DNA of 63,111 nt, counting the filler, from Chiloscyllium plagiosum (lineage: Eukaryota): NCBI RefSeq assembly GCF_004010195.1. It is 5 parts of one record of this genome, joined end to end, with 100 filler letters (N's around TTAATTAATTAA, not from the genome) between each part and the next. Parts side by side here need not be neighbours in the genome. Positions count along the whole stretch, not along the records: positions 1 to 29,878 come from NC_057717.1; 4 more parts are not named here. One strand, 5' to 3'. Positions 1 to 12,921 of the stretch are shown here, in pieces; position 1 is the first letter of the stretch; every line of letters starts with the position of its first letter. The translations under genes and the position numbers were made by a program. The notes below the pieces were generated by a model. It searched no databases. It had not been told where the DNA came from and saw only the letters and a list, made by a program, of their open reading frames with translations.

Positions 1-140
1 CAGTTCATGGCCGAACATCGCCACAAAGCACTTTTCCCACACAACGTACGTATCCCTTAATGGGATTATTATCAGGAAATATAGTCACTTGGGTCTTTGA
101 CTTGTACCAGTCACTTGTGTCCTTTGACTTTGCTCACCAT

Positions 141-972
141 TACGGTTCTACTTTAGCGCATGTTTGTCAAACTTGTGTGGCTGTAACGCGATTAGTGAAT
201 TGCCGATGTTAATATTATAAAGCAAGCTCTCATTCACTGTGACACGATTCCATGCGAGGCAACACCTGAACATAAAAACCTAGCCTTAGGATCCTTGTCT
301 GTACAATGCACATTCAGTGTGTTCAGCTGAAACGCGAATTTAATCTGCTCTGCAAGTCTTGAACGTTAGCCTGCAACTGGGAATTGTAGCCTACATTTGG
401 AAGGATATTTTTTCAGACTAAGGGAGAATCTTGGGGAGGACTTCCATGCGAGGCAACACCTGAACATAAAAACCTAGCCTTAGGATCCTTGTCTGTACAA
501 TGCACATTCAGTGTGTTCAGCTGAAACGCGAATTTAATCTGCTCTGCAAGTCTTGAACGTTAGCCTGCAACTGGGAATTGTAGCCTACATTTGGAAGGAT
601 ATTTTTTCAGACTAAGGGAGAATCTTGGGGAGGACTGGAGTCCACGTCGGCATCACGTTGTCAGTAGTTTCGCGCGCGTTCTGGTGAAGGGATTGGTGAA
701 AGTAACAGTACTGCAGTCAGTGATTGTAGTACTGAAGTGTTACATTCATTGTACTGCTTCATTGCAATATATATGTTTTAAAGATTTAATTAGACTTTGC
801 TTTAATTTGTGTTCAGCTAGCTAGTATTTTTGTTTAGATTTTCAGCGAAATTTTTGGCGGTTTTCCTCTTATGCTGTTTTTCTTCTGCAGGCCCCATTAC
901 TGATTTGTATGATTTTCAATAACACAGTGTTTCACAGAATCACAGCTACCACATTTTGGGAAATTACCTGTT
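141..972. mobile_element. Possible degenerate non-autonomous Tigger/pogo-like DNA transposon
   Basis: Left end TACGGTTCTACTTTAGCGCA and right end ...CTACCACATTTTGGGAAATTACCTGTTA loosely resemble decayed CAGGTAGTTC-type TIRs near TA. The interior is rich in CAGTACTG. No transposase is visible. Confidence 0.25.
248..635 (+). repeat. Perfect 194-bp tandem duplication (248-441 / 442-635)
   Basis: TTCCATGCGAGGCAACACCTGAA...CTTGGGGAGGAC occurs twice head-to-tail with no differences seen. Confidence 0.95.
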
Positions 973-1034
973 AAGATGGCTGATACTTTACCCCCAAAGC
1001 ATTATTCTGCTCTCTCTCTCTCCATATCTTTAAT

Positions 1035-1625
1035 TTTCAGAAATCCCTATTTATATCCAGTGGCTTGACATCGACAGCCTTTTCTGGGAGAGAATTCCCC
1101 ACATTCACCAGTCACTGAGTGAAGACATTTATTCTCACCTCAATGCAGAGTGGTCTGACTGTACCTATTACAGTGGCCCCTTTTTTAAAATGCCACAGGG
1201 AATTAATATCCCCTGATTCTCATCTCTACTTCCCAGTCAGTGCTTTAAATATTTCACTGAGATCTCCACTCTTTTCACTAAACTGTATGGAATACAGACC
1301 CAGTCGACCCAAACTCTGCTTCCACAACAAACCTGTTATCCCAAAGGTCATTCTGGTCATTATTCGCTGCACTCCCGCAATGTCAGGTTTGTCCTTTATT
1401 ATGTAATGATACCTAACCTGCACACAATGCTGCTGTGTTCGACATATGGGTCTCACCAAGGCCCTGTCCAGCTACAGTAAGACATCCTTTCTTCTGGACT
1501 CAAATCCACTTGATATGAAGGTCAACACACCACTTTCCTTCCTAATTGATACCTGTTCATGCAATGTTGCTTTCAGTAACTGGTGTACAGGGAAATCCGG
1601 ATCCTTTTCGATGTTACAACTCCCT
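1035..1625 (-). mobile_element. CR1 LINE, degenerate 3' ORF2 fragment
   Basis: ORF 1226..1459(-) GVQRIMTRMTFGITGLLWKQSLGRLGLYSIQF..GDLSEIFK matches the CR1 RT C-terminal ERVQRRFTRM...LGLFSLE...GDLIEVYK pattern seen in 30026..30991. Confidence 0.75.
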
Positions 1626-2659
1626 ACTCGGTGAGTCTATGTACACAGATCAGTGGGCCTATGCCATTTCCACTCTTTACTCCTGGCTTCAGAACTCACT
1701 GCCCTGCATGGATCTCGGTGGTTAGTGCATAAGGAAACAAAAAGGAGCATATGTTCCTTTTTAGAGTAACATTTTGCAACCTTTACAAATGGAAAACTGC
1801 CGTTTTGCTTTTCCCATCAAAGGGCACAACATCACATCTATCCACATTGGTCTTCCTCTGCCACATATTTGTCCGGGCATTCCACTTGTATCAGTCACGT
1901 ATGAACTTTTTTTTACATCCTCCTCACGCACCCACAATACGATATCGATTAGTACCATCAGCAGGCTTGGAAACATTGCACTTGATTCCCTGTAACAAAG
2001 GTTTGATGTATATTTGGGATAGCTGGGGCCAAAGTCTCGGTTTCAGCTATATCCCCCGAGACTTCCAATTTAAAAAAAATCTTTATTCCAACTCACTGTT
2101 TCCTGTTAGCTTTTTCATGTTAAAACAATGCCCTTATATTAACCACAGTCCCATAAGTTTCGAGTTTGCATACTGCACTTGAGGCTTTATGAAAAATCGT
2201 TCTGAAAATGCAATTTTGTTGCATTTATTGGTTTTCCAAGGTTTGGCTAAAAATCTGTTTCTCAAATATGATTCCCATTTGATAATAATCTTTTCACGTT
2301 GTCGATGTTCATTACATTCAGTCGCAATACTTTCTCTAAAATGTGTATTTGCTCATTTCATTCCATTATTTTTTTCCCAGACTAACGTTTCCTAGTATTT
2401 CTGAGAGATTTATTGTTTTGTTTTCCTCTGTGAAGACATAAATAAGACACTTGCTTCATAGTTCTGCCAGTTCCCAGTTCTCAATTCTCCATTCTCTGGT
2501 TTCAAACTGTAAGAAGGCTGCACAGTTTTCCCCAAATTGTGCCATTGACATACGTATTGAAGCTTTTACAGGTTCACTCTTATTACCCTTTTGAATATAC
2601 TGTTCTGAAACCCATCAATTCCTGTCTTAATCTACTCAATGATTGACCTTACACACAAT

Positions 2660-3752
2660 ACAATCACAGAAGCATAGACTCTGGACAGTCATAAATACAG
2701 CACTATCAGCATTTGTCCTACGTTCCTTCACAAGGCCCATAACCGGGAATGCTATGACAATGGCAACTGCTCGTCCAAGTACTTTTTAATGGTTGTGATG
2801 TTCCCCGTGACAACTCCCCTCTTTGGAAGTACATTTCAGTCCTTAAAACTCTATGAGAGATATACAGTCCTCAAAACCTTTCTAAACTCCAAACCCTTCA
2901 CTTTAAAAGTGTGCTCCACCTTTTTCTTGTCTCTGTCTTAAAAGAACAGTGGCTGTCTGTCCACCCTAGTCCATGTCCCTCGTAATCATATCCTTTTGAA
3001 TCATGGCCCCCTCAGCCTTCTCTGCTCCAACGTAAACAAACCAAGCTTATCAGGGCTCTCTTCATAGCTGAAATGAGCCCTCCCATGGAACATCCTGGTG
3101 AATCTCGTCAGCAGGAGAATCGACGTTTCAGGCATAACCCCTTCTTCAGGAATGAGGAAAGTGTGTCCAGCAGGCTAAGATAAAGGGTAGGGAGGAGGGA
3201 CTTGGGGGAGGGGCTTTGTATTTGCGATAGGTGGAGGGAGGTCAAGGTGCGGGTCAAAGGCCAGAGTGGGGTGGAGGCGGAGAGGTCAGGAAGAAGATTG
3301 CAGGTTAGGAAGGCGGTGCTGAGTTCGAGGGATTTGACTGAGAGGGGAAGGGGAAATGAGGAAACTAGAGAAATCTGAGTTCATCACTTGTGGTTGGAGG
3401 GTGTCCAGGCAGACCTGCTGCGTTTTTCCAGCAACACATTTTCAGCTCTGATCTCCAGCATCTGCAGCCCTCACTTACTCCTCGAATCTCCTCAGCACCC
3501 CATCCAGTGCAATCAAAGACTTCCTGTAATAGGGGCTCCCAGAAATGCACACAACATTCCATTTTGGCCTAACCAAAGTATACCATAGCTCTTATAATCT
3601 GTTATTTGATGAAAACAAAACAATGCTTACAGTTTCTATGATTTGTCAACTTGTGTATTAAACTGTTTAGTCACATTCAGGGACCAGTAGAGAATCACCC
3701 TCTGAGTTTCCTAGTGTGTTGCCATTCATTGAGTCCTCCCCGTCTGATTCCA
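2660..3752 (-). mobile_element. CR1 LINE 3' fragment interrupted by a PLE insertion
   Basis: Reverse-complement CR1 3' motifs (CCCTCAGCCTTCTCTGCTCCAA, CATCCTGGTGAATCTC) continue on both sides of 3114-3483. Confidence 0.65.
3114..3483. mobile_element. Penelope-like element (family B), truncated, with inverted terminus
   Basis: The hammerhead-type terminus is on the minus strand (rc CTGAAGAAGGGGTTATGCCTGAAACGTC). The terminal CTGCTGCGTTTTTCCAGCAACAC...CAGCCCTCAC is on the plus strand. Flanked by GAATCTC(G/C)TCAGCA at 3100-3113 and 3484-3497. Confidence 0.75.
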
Positions 3753-4884
3753 NNNNNNNNNNNNNNNNNNNNNNNNNNNNNNNNNNNNNNNNNNNNNNNN
3801 NNNNNNNNNNNNNNNNNNNNNNNNNNNNNNNNNNNNNNNNNNNNNNNNNNNNNNNNNNNNNNNNNNNNNNNNNNNNNNNNNNNNNNNNNNNNNNNNNNNN
3901 NNNNNNNNNNNNNNNNNNNNNNNNNNNNNNNNNNNNNNNNNNNNNNNNNNNNNNNNNNNNNNNNNNNNNNNNNNNNNNNNNNNNNNNNNNNNNNNNNNNN
4001 NNNNNNNNNNNNNNNNNNNNNNNNNNNNNNNNNNNNNNNNNNNNNNNNNNNNNNNNNNNNNNNNNNNNNNNNNNNNNNNNNNNNNNNNNNNNNNNNNNNN
4101 NNNNNNNNNNNNNNNNNNNNNNNNNNNNNNNNNNNNNNNNNNNNNNNNNNNNNNNNNNNNNNNNNNNNNNNNNNNNNNNNNNNNNNNNNNNNNNNNNNNN
4201 NNNNNNNNNNNNNNNNNNNNNNNNNNNNNNNNNNNNNNNNNNNNNNNNNNNNTATACATTTTGCACATTGCTTCTGAGCTTCATGATGTTGTACCCGGGA
4301 ATTCAGGGATATGAGCAAGAAAGTCAGGTAAAGGTATGGAAGACAGACATTTATATTATCATTGGATGAGTACTTGATTGGCAAGTTGCAGAAATGTGGG
4401 TCGTTTCAAAGAAATAGGACTGGATTGAGGAATCATATTTTGATGGGTCCAATATCAGAAATGAGAATATAAAATAAATGTGGCGACAAATCAGCTGAAA
4501 TGGACAGTGATATCAGATAATCAATCTACCTCAGAGAATCAGATACCACAAACCAAATGAGATATCAGTGCAGTATGGAGTAAGGTGCAGACCAGTCGAA
4601 TGTACTGCTCAATGCACCGCAACAATCTGTGCAGACCGTGCAGAACACACTAGTCCATTAGCTGCCTGTCCAGCATGGGGATCCTTGCAGCGAATAGCAG
4701 TGAAGTGATCTGTAAAACAGGAGCAGTTGCCCTCCCGCAAAGTACAGCTGTGTGCAACGCCCCTGTGCATTGCTTGCTGACACTGTGTTCGATCACTGTC
4801 GAACAGATGGAATCTTGCAGCCCCTGCTGGAAATGACAGGATGTGCAGCTCCCATTCATTTGGAGCTCCATATCTCAATTGAGT

Positions 4885-6300
4885 CATGGGATATGGAACA
4901 TCTAGACAAGAGAAAGAAGAAAACTTACGTATGTTTGAGGGGGCAAGGATCAGACACGGCTTTAAAGGGTTCCAAGGTAGTCAGGAAGGAACTGAATAAT
5001 GGACTAAGCGGAAGCTGGAAAGAGGCGTGAAAATATGGATCGGATTAAGCAAAATCAGATCGCTTTCTATACTAATGTGGGGAACAAGAGGGTGGCCAGA
5101 GTGAGGATAAAGCTGATCAGGGTAGTTGAAGGGTACTTTCACCTGGTATCGGAGGAGCGAGGGTAAGTCTTTACTGAATACTTTGCTTCGGTATTCTGTA
5201 CTGAGAGAAACCTTGATGTTTCTGAGGACAGCGTGAACCAGACTGATATTCTGGAACAGGTTGATGTGAGGAAAGAGAATCTGTCGAAAATTTTGAAAAA
5301 CGCACAGATAGATAAATCTTTTGGGTCGGACTCAAGGTTAGTATGAGAGGCTAGGAAAGAGATTGTTTTGGTATTGATCTTTTCGCATTCACTGTCCACT
5401 GGAGTAGTGCTTTGTGATTTGAGGGTGGAAATGTTATTCCTTGTTCAAGAAAGGGAATAGGGTTAATCCTGGTAATTACAGACCAGTGATTCTTATGCCA
5501 GTGGTTAGCAAATTATTGGAGAGGATTCCAAGATGCAGGATTCATTATTACCATAGTTTGATTAGGTAGACTCAGCATGGCTTTTTGTGGGGCGGTTCAT
5601 GCCTCACAAGCCTATTTGAAATCATTGACGATGTGACAAAACACGTTGTTGAAGGTAGAACATTGCATGTGTTGTAAATGGATTTTACAAAGGCATTTGA
5701 TAATTATCCACATGGTTGGCTTATTCAGAAAGTAAGGAGACATGGGATGCAGGTTGATCTAAGTTATCTCGAATCCATAATTGGCAGTCCCATAGAAGAT
5801 AGACGATGAAAACTATTCACCTTGGAGCTCAGTGAGCAGTGGTGTTCTGCCAAGACCGGTTCTTTGATATCTGCTCTTTATGATCTTTCTGAATGACTTC
5901 GATCTGTAATTGGAAGAGTGGATTAGGAATGGTGCTGATCACACTAAGATTGTTCGAGTTGTGGACAGTATGTAGTGTTATTGTAGTTTTCACCGAGACA
6001 TTGACAGGATGCAGAACTGAGCTGATAATTGGCAGACGAAGTGCAATCTGGAAAAGTGTGAATAATACACTTCGGGAGTTCAAATATGAATTTGAATACA
6101 GCATTCATGGTTAAAGGCACAATTTTTAGTAATGTGGAAGAACAGTGGGATTTGGGGTCTATGTCAATACATACCTCAAAGTTGCCACCCAGGTTGTTAG
6201 AGTTGTTAAGAAGGCACATGGTGCGCTGGCTTGCATGAGCCAGGGAACTGACATTATGAGCCGCGAGGTTGTGATGCAGCTGTATAAAGACCGCATTAAG
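4885..6300 (+). mobile_element. CR1 LINE ORF2 (RT), degenerate
   Basis: Nucleotide motifs match CR1 RT: TTCAAGAAAGGGAATAGG...AATTACAGACCAGT (GNYRPV), CAGCATGGCTTT (QHGF) and ATGGATTTTACAAAGGCATTTGATAA (MDF.KAFD). Many stops and frameshifts. Confidence 0.85.
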
Positions 6301-6303
6301 CCA

Positions 6304-7100
6304 TCGCTATGAATTGGGAAGTGTGCCCTTTAGCTTAAAGAGAGAGTGAATGGTATTCTGTACAGAGTGTTCACAAGCACCTGTGTTATGACTAACTAGC
6401 AGTCTCAGAGTGTCTAGAAAAACGAAAAATATGTAACATCTCGCTGTGAAATAGATAGCTGGATTTTGGTTGCTATTTTGAAAATAATTCGAATTTAACC
6501 AAGCAGTTTAAATTATGTCACAGGATACTAAAATTCAATAGATTTTGTATTCATTGTTTTGCCAAAATTGAACCAATGGGAGGATCGATATTTGGATGAT
6601 AAAGAGGCAGTCAGTTTGAATGTTACACAGAAGTAAACCGCAATCGAGAGAGACTGATATTTAAACCACTCTCTATCAAGGGTACTTTTTTTGTATGAAG
6701 CATTTTTTCCGTAGACAACCCAGGGAGATTCTCAGCCGAAGAAGTAGGGCATTGAAGACGGCAACAGCTGTCTGGTTCAGAAATTAAGTTGATGTATTCT
6801 TAATACAAGTTTTGGTTGGAATACTACGTTGTTATAAAGTTGGAAGCGGATTACAAACAGTTTAGATAATGGTGGGCTTGAGCTATGAATAGTTGCTGTT
6901 TAATGATCTCTTTTAGACAAAGTATTACATATTTTTGTTTTTTAAAGTAATTGAATTTGTTGAATAGTTGAATCTCTTTCACTTGTATATTAGTAGCTTA
7001 CGAGGCAGCTAAAGCTTGCGAACTTTAATTAGCAGAAGGCTTCGTTGACGTGTCATAAAACCACACTTGAAATATTGTGTTCAATTCTGGTCGATTATTA
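6304..7100 (+). mobile_element. Possible solo LTR (unclassified)
   Basis: AT-rich block that abruptly truncates the CR1, with CCAAT (6573) followed about 25 bp later by GATAAA. TG...CA ends and a TSD were not established. Confidence 0.2.
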
Positions 7101-7239
7101 ACGAAATGTGTGAAGCTCTAGCGAGGGTGCAGAGGAGCAGCAGAAATACTGACGCAGACCACACAGAGCGACTAAAATATTGAGAAAGTCATCACGCAGA
7201 AAAGTAAGTATTGACAGATTTCCTATGTCTGTATTTTGG

Positions 7240-7425
7240 TCAGTGTGTCAGTGTGTGTACTGTGTGTGTATTGATGACTGCGTATCTTTGTGTGCATGTC
7301 CATCTGTGTATCAGTATTTGTCTCTGTATGGCTGCATTAATGTCTGTGTGACTCTATAATAATCATCTTTGTGTGCATCTTTGTGACTGTATTCGTCTCT
7401 TTGTGTATCTGTCTGTATCGCTGTG
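7240..7425. repeat. GT/TG-rich low-complexity tract
   Basis: Imperfect (TG)n/(TGTC)n run. Confidence 0.7.
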
Positions 7426-8256
7426 CATGGCACCTTCACCAAGAACACTCAAATATGCTGAAAGAGGCAGGAATACTTATTGTACTGAGGCCCCTCAGAG
7501 TGCTATATGATCATGTAGAGTAATGTATGTGTTTGCTCTCTGATGTCGAAGCACTTTATGTTTGAAGATTATTCGTAACAGAATGTGCAAACTAAAGTGT
7601 ACTTCCATTGGCATCGTATCCAAACATCTCCGACAGAACCATTTGTAAGGTGATATGATGAATTTATTGTACGTTCTTTAATTTTAAATCGTTTGTAATG
7701 CAATTCTACAAACTATAAGTGAGAATGGATTTAAAAGCTCTGAAACTGGCCCATTGGTGACGGCAAAATTTCAAGAAAAACATTACTCCATATCAGGCAA
7801 AATTGTTCTGTGCTTCCAAAGACAGTATTTGAAAAAAAACTAAAGAGCCGTGCATCGTGAGAGTTTCACAGTATTTGATGTCCTCTCAGAGTAAGAAAAA
7901 AGCATATCTGCCACTTTAGTGGTTGCTTGGGGAAGTCATTGTATATGTATAAACTTGACGGGGACAGGTAGATGACGTGGGGGTGGCGGGAGTTGATCCC
8001 AATTCCAATTGATTTACTCGAAAAACCACAGAGACAGCATTTCACAGAGATACAGACAGATACACACACAAATATAACTGCATATATTAAACAGCTACCT
8101 CATATACATGTGGATTTGCTAACTTACATGCAAACACATCAAAATTTCGTTAAGACAGAAATAGGTTTTTCATTCATACGGTAATCGATGGTCAGTTGGA
8201 GAAGGCACGAGAATACGGCTGAGAAGCATTTCAAACGTGATCCTCCCACACTCCCA

Positions 8257-8458
8257 CACTCCGGTTTCCTCCCACACTCCAAACATGTGCAGGTTAGGTG
8301 AATTGGCCACGCTAAATTGCCTGTAGTGTTAAGTGCAGGGGTAAATGTAGGGGAATGGGTCTGGGTGGGTGCGCTTCGGCGGGTCGGTGTGGACTTGTTG
8401 GGCCGAAGGGCCTGTTTCCACATCGTAAGTAATCTAATCTAATCTAATCTAATCTAAT
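8257..8458 (+). mobile_element. HE1-type SINE, 5'-truncated
   Basis: CTCCGGTTTCCTCCCACA...GGGCCGAAGGGCCTGTTTCCACA followed by a (TAATC)n tail. Homologous to the full copy at 36086-36398. Confidence 0.85.
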
Positions 8459-8489
8459 TGGCACAGCAGATCCGTTGGGTTAAATGTCC

Positions 8490-9245
8490 CAATTCTGCAA
8501 ACAATACTGTTTTCTGAAGTGAGTCATTTTAGAAGGTCGAATTTAAATGCAGATTGCAGGATCAAAAGCAGGATACTTGGCAGTGTTGAAAAACAAAGGG
8601 ATTTTGAACTCGATGTCCATAGACCCTTCAAAGTTGCTACCCAATTTGAACGTTGTTCCGAACGCATATGGTGTCTGAGCTTTCATTAGCAGGACGTTGC
8701 TGCTCTATTGAGCCCACGTTAGATTACACTTGGAATGTTGTGTCCAGTTCTGGTCGCCCTATTATAGAAAGAATATGCAAGCTTTAGTGTGAGTGCAGCA
8801 GTGATTTACCAGGATGCTGCCTGTATTGGGAGGGGGAGGGGGCATGACTATTGAAGAAAGTTTGTGGGATCGAGCGCTTTTTTTTTCATTGGAGTAATGA
8901 ATGTTGAAAGATGACTTGACAGAAGTGTGCACTAGATGAATAGATAGGGTGCATAGCCAGAAATGTATTTCCCAAGATGGGAATATCGATCACAAAGGGA
9001 CCAGAATATTAGGATGATTGGAGGAAGGTTGAAGGGAGAGATCCGAGGTGTTTTGTAATGAGGTGCCAGCAGATGTCGTGGAATCAGTACATTAGGGACA
9101 TATACGCAACTCTTAGATAGTCACATGGATGATCGTAAAATTAAGGCATGTAGTGTAGTTCAATTTTAGAGTATGATAAAAGGTCAGCGCAGCATTGAGG
9201 GCTGAAGTGCTGTACTGTAATGTACTCTTTTATGTTCTATGTTCC
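8490..9245 (+). mobile_element. CR1 LINE 3' end, degenerate
   Basis: TGTGTCCAGTTCTGGTCGCCC (VQFWSP), TTTACCAGGATGCTGCCT and a terminal TATGTTCTATGTTC tail. Confidence 0.8.
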
Positions 9246-9754
9246 AATTTCTTATACTCTGGTGAGCTTATGCTATCTTGAATTCCGCTAAGTTCAATGG
9301 AGGCAAAATTTGGTATGTATTTTATTGAAGAGATTTAATGGACACGTGGACAGTTATCAAGGGCTGAATGGTCAATACCTGTTCCTCGTTGCTGCATCCT
9401 TGTGTCTCAAAACGCAGGAGATTGTGGAGAGAGGAACACATTTGAGAATAAGGGCATTCGCATTTCAGACTGAAGAAGGGATGTTCGTTTCTCTTTAGCG
9501 TTGTGTGAGCTGTGGAGTTCTCATCCCCAAAGAGCAGTGATGAATGGGTTACTGAAAACATTCAAGGTTCAGGTTCATAGATCTTTGATGATCAAAAGAA
9601 TCCATGCCAACTGGGAACAAACAGGAAATTGTTATGCAGCAATATTCACATCCACATTGCATATTCAAAACGGTGCAGAGGGCTCGAGGGGCTAAATGAC
9701 CAACTGCTGCTCGCAATCCATGTGGTGTACTCTCATTCAATCCCTTGATGCTGT

Positions 9755-9955
9755 CAAGAGTGTTGCGCCGGAAATGCACAGCAGGAAATTCATCGTTTTG
9801 GGCAAAAGCCCTTCATCAAAAGCATTTTTTTCTTAATCAAGGGCTTTTGCACGAAACGTCGATTTTCCTGCTTCTCGGATGCTGTCTGACGTGCTGAACT
9901 TTTCGGGCGCAACACGCTTGATTCTAATCTCCATCATCTGCAGCATTCACTTTCG
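9755..9955. mobile_element. Degenerate palindromic PLE-terminus insertion
   Basis: TTTGGGCAAAAGCCCTTCATCA and its inverse AAGGGCTTTTGCACGAAACGTCGATT face each other, followed by the PLE terminal motif. Confidence 0.65.
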
Positions 9956-10769
9956 TCTCTCAGTGCTGTTACTGAAGGAAAAGAAGATCCCATTCAGCCA
10001 GTCAGCATCGATACAATAAGCCAGGAGGAAAACATTCTGTCCCCTATTTTTTACAAAGGCTTAGTGTGAAGTCATTCAGCCATATGAGTATATTACACAG
10101 AACAGGAGGAGGCCATTCAAAATTTCTAGACTGCTGCACAGGAACAGGGGAGCACTGGGTAATGTCAGGCAATAGACATTAGGGACAGGTGTTTCTTTTC
10201 AGGTTGGAAAGGTTTACATTGGTGGAGTGCCACAGAGTTAATTATGAGATTAGCAACTATTTAGAATCTGACAATGGTTTGGATATGTGTACTAATTGGA
10301 TTGAGCTCAATTAACTCAACAAACAAAATAATCATTTAATAAGATGTCAATTGATGGTAGAGAGTCTGTATGGGGATATAGACAGGTGGGTTATGTGCAA
10401 ACCTTCAGCAGAAACAGTATAACCTGGAATAACGAAATTCGTGCTGTGACACAATGTAAGACAACAGTAAACTACTTAACTGGAGAGAGATCACAAACTA
10501 TTGTGGTACAAAGCATTTGTGCGGCCTGGTACATAAATCACACAAGGTTAGTATGCAGATGCAACAAGTGATCAGGACGGTATTTAGAATGGTTCTACTT
10601 CATACAAATGCTATCAGGATGATTAATTGCATCTGTACAGAGCATTTCTGAGGCCACATCTGATGTATTGTATGTAGTTATGATTCCCTAAACTGACAAT
10701 AAATATACCCAATTGTTTTCGAAGCTTTGCAAAGATATTTCACTTTACGTGCTCCTGGAAGACGACCAT

Positions 10770-11125
10770 GTTCTGTCATAAAGCACCGAAACGTACCCTT
10801 CCATCGAACTTATCCATGCTGACCTGATGTCCTAAATTAATCATGTCCCATTTGGCAGCATTTGGCCCATTTCCGTCTAAATCATTCCTATTAATATATC
10901 CATCCAAATGGCTGTTAGATGCTATAATGGTCGCACCTTCCAACAGAACCTATGGCAATTAATTCCATACACTCCATGCAAAGGTTACCACTTTTGTCCT
11001 TTTCAATATTTCACCTCTCAACTTAAATCTATGTGCTCCAGTTTTGGAATCCGCCTAAGTAGGAACATGACGTTGGTGATTTACCATTTCTATGCCCCTC
11101 TTGGTTTTATAAACATTTAGAAGGC
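10770..11125 (-). mobile_element. CR1 LINE 3' fragment
   Basis: Reverse complement of the CR1 3' end, similar to 46808-47170. Confidence 0.65.
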
Positions 11126-12155
11126 CAAAACACTTCAGAATCGAGAATGAGCGTTGCGTAGCTGATGGAAATTTCCCCTGGCATGGTACACTAGAGCTAA
11201 GGATTCAAATTTAAGAAAATAATGTATACATTTTAACACAGTTACTATGACAACATGAATTTATTGGACAAAAATATGAGAACGCATCTGTACATATCTT
11301 CAAATTAGCTTAGCCACCAAGAGAGTATAATTATAAATTAAAAGTTGCTTCGACATGGAGCAGGGAATAGGGATGGAGTCATGCATTCCAGATAATTTTC
11401 AAGGAGGCCTCACGTAGTCCAGTTTGGTGGTCAGATAATATTATTGTCAGTTTCAGTCAGAGACGGTCAAAACGTAATCTATTGGAGAAGCCACGGCTTA
11501 TTGCTCACTCTCTTTCCTTGTTCCTTCTCACAGTAAAGTGTGAGAGGTGAAAATATGCCATTCATCTTGACCAATAGTGAAAGATTCCTGTTGATGATTC
11601 ATTGGAATCTTTCCACTGCCAGAAGCAAAATACAACTTTTCCAGGATGTAATCCCATTGCCCACAGCTTGGTTGAGCAGAATAACCAGACAGGGAGAATA
11701 GCATTTGGGGCAATAATCTGCTGATAATTTAAACACTGAAATGATTCAATATGAAGTCCAAGCTCACAATCACTTTCGCCACTGTAGAATATTTCTGTTG
11801 ATGAACATTCAACGGCCTTGAAAAGTACCCGATGATTCTTTCTACGCTAGCCATCCTCTTCCAGGATCACTGCACTAACACAGACATCATTGGTATTGAT
11901 ACACAATTTGAAGGAATTTGTGTATTTGGTGTGACTAATACCGGGGCAGTAGTTAACACAGTTCTGGGCTGACAAATGCCTTTTAACAGCTCCCTCGTCA
12001 ATGAAACTCCTTGTCTTTCTTTCATAAGAGTTCGTTTAGTCGTTCAGCTACATTGCTAAAGTCCTGCGCCAACATTTGGTAAATTCCACTCAATCCCAGG
12101 AACCTTAGTACTGTTCACCTCGTCGACGGTGTGGGAAGTTCCATAACTACTTTCT

Positions 12156-12921
12156 TTAAAGTTTGTGAGAAGATGTGTAGCTCGGGTGCTCGTTGCTATG
12201 GTTCTGTTCGCCGAGCTGGAAGTTTTTGTTGAAAACGTTTCGTCCCCTATCTAGGTGACATCCTCAGTGCTTGGGAACCTCCTGTGAAGCGCTTCTGTGG
12301 TGTTTCCTCCAGCATTTATAGTGGCCTGTCCCTGCCGCTTCCGGTTGTCAGTTTCAGCTGTCCGCTGTAGTGGCCGGTATATTGGGTCCAGGTCGATGTG
12401 TTTGTTGATGGAGTTTGTGGATGAGTGCCATGCTTCTAGGAATTCCCTGGCTGTTCTTTGTTTGGCTTGCCCTATAATGGTAGTATTGTCCCAGTCAAAT
12501 TCATGTTGCTTGTCGTCTGCGTGTGTGGCTACTAGGGATAGCTGGTCGTGTCGTTTCGTGGCTAGTTGGCCAGCTATCCCTAGTAGCCACACACGCAGAC
12601 GACAAGCAACATGAATTTGACTGGGACAACACTTCCATGATAGGGCAAGCCAAACAAAGAACAGCCAGGGAATTCCAAGAAGCATGGCACTCATCCACAA
12701 ACTCCATGAACAAACACATCGATCTGAACCCAATATACCGGCCACTACAGCGGACAGCTGAAACTGACAACTGGAAGCGGCAGGGACAGGGCACTATAAA
12801 TGCCGGAGGAAACACCACAGAAGCGCTTCACAGGAGGCTCCCAAGCACTGAGGATGTCACCTAGACAGGGGACGAAACGTTTGCAACAAAAACTTCCAGC
12901 TCGGCGAACAGAACCACAGCA
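12156..12921 (-). mobile_element. Penelope-like element (family A), 3' fragment with inverted duplication
   Basis: Arms 12193-12545 and 12570-12922 are reverse complements and encode the GIY-YIG C-terminus (HEFDWDNTTIIGQAKQRTAREFLEAWHS). Exact 13-bp TSD ATAACTACTTTCT at 12143-12155 and 12922-12934. Confidence 0.92.
12845..12884 (+). ncRNA. Minimal type I hammerhead ribozyme motif of PLE family A (mirror copy at 12231-12270, minus strand)
   Basis: GCA-CUGAGGA-U-GUCACCU-AGAC-AGGGGAC-GAAA-CGUU-UGC contains the CUGANGA and GAAA cores, stem II with one mismatch, a palindromic ACGU stem III and a 3-bp stem I. Confidence 0.65.

Noticed and set aside
3651..4384. Long ORFs crossing N-runs (also near 21444, 34418, 48886 and 50504)
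   Set aside because: Their length comes from translated Ns.
4560..4887. TGCA-rich segment with overlapping Cys-rich small ORFs
   Set aside because: No recognisable domain or splice structure. The Cys content follows from the base composition.
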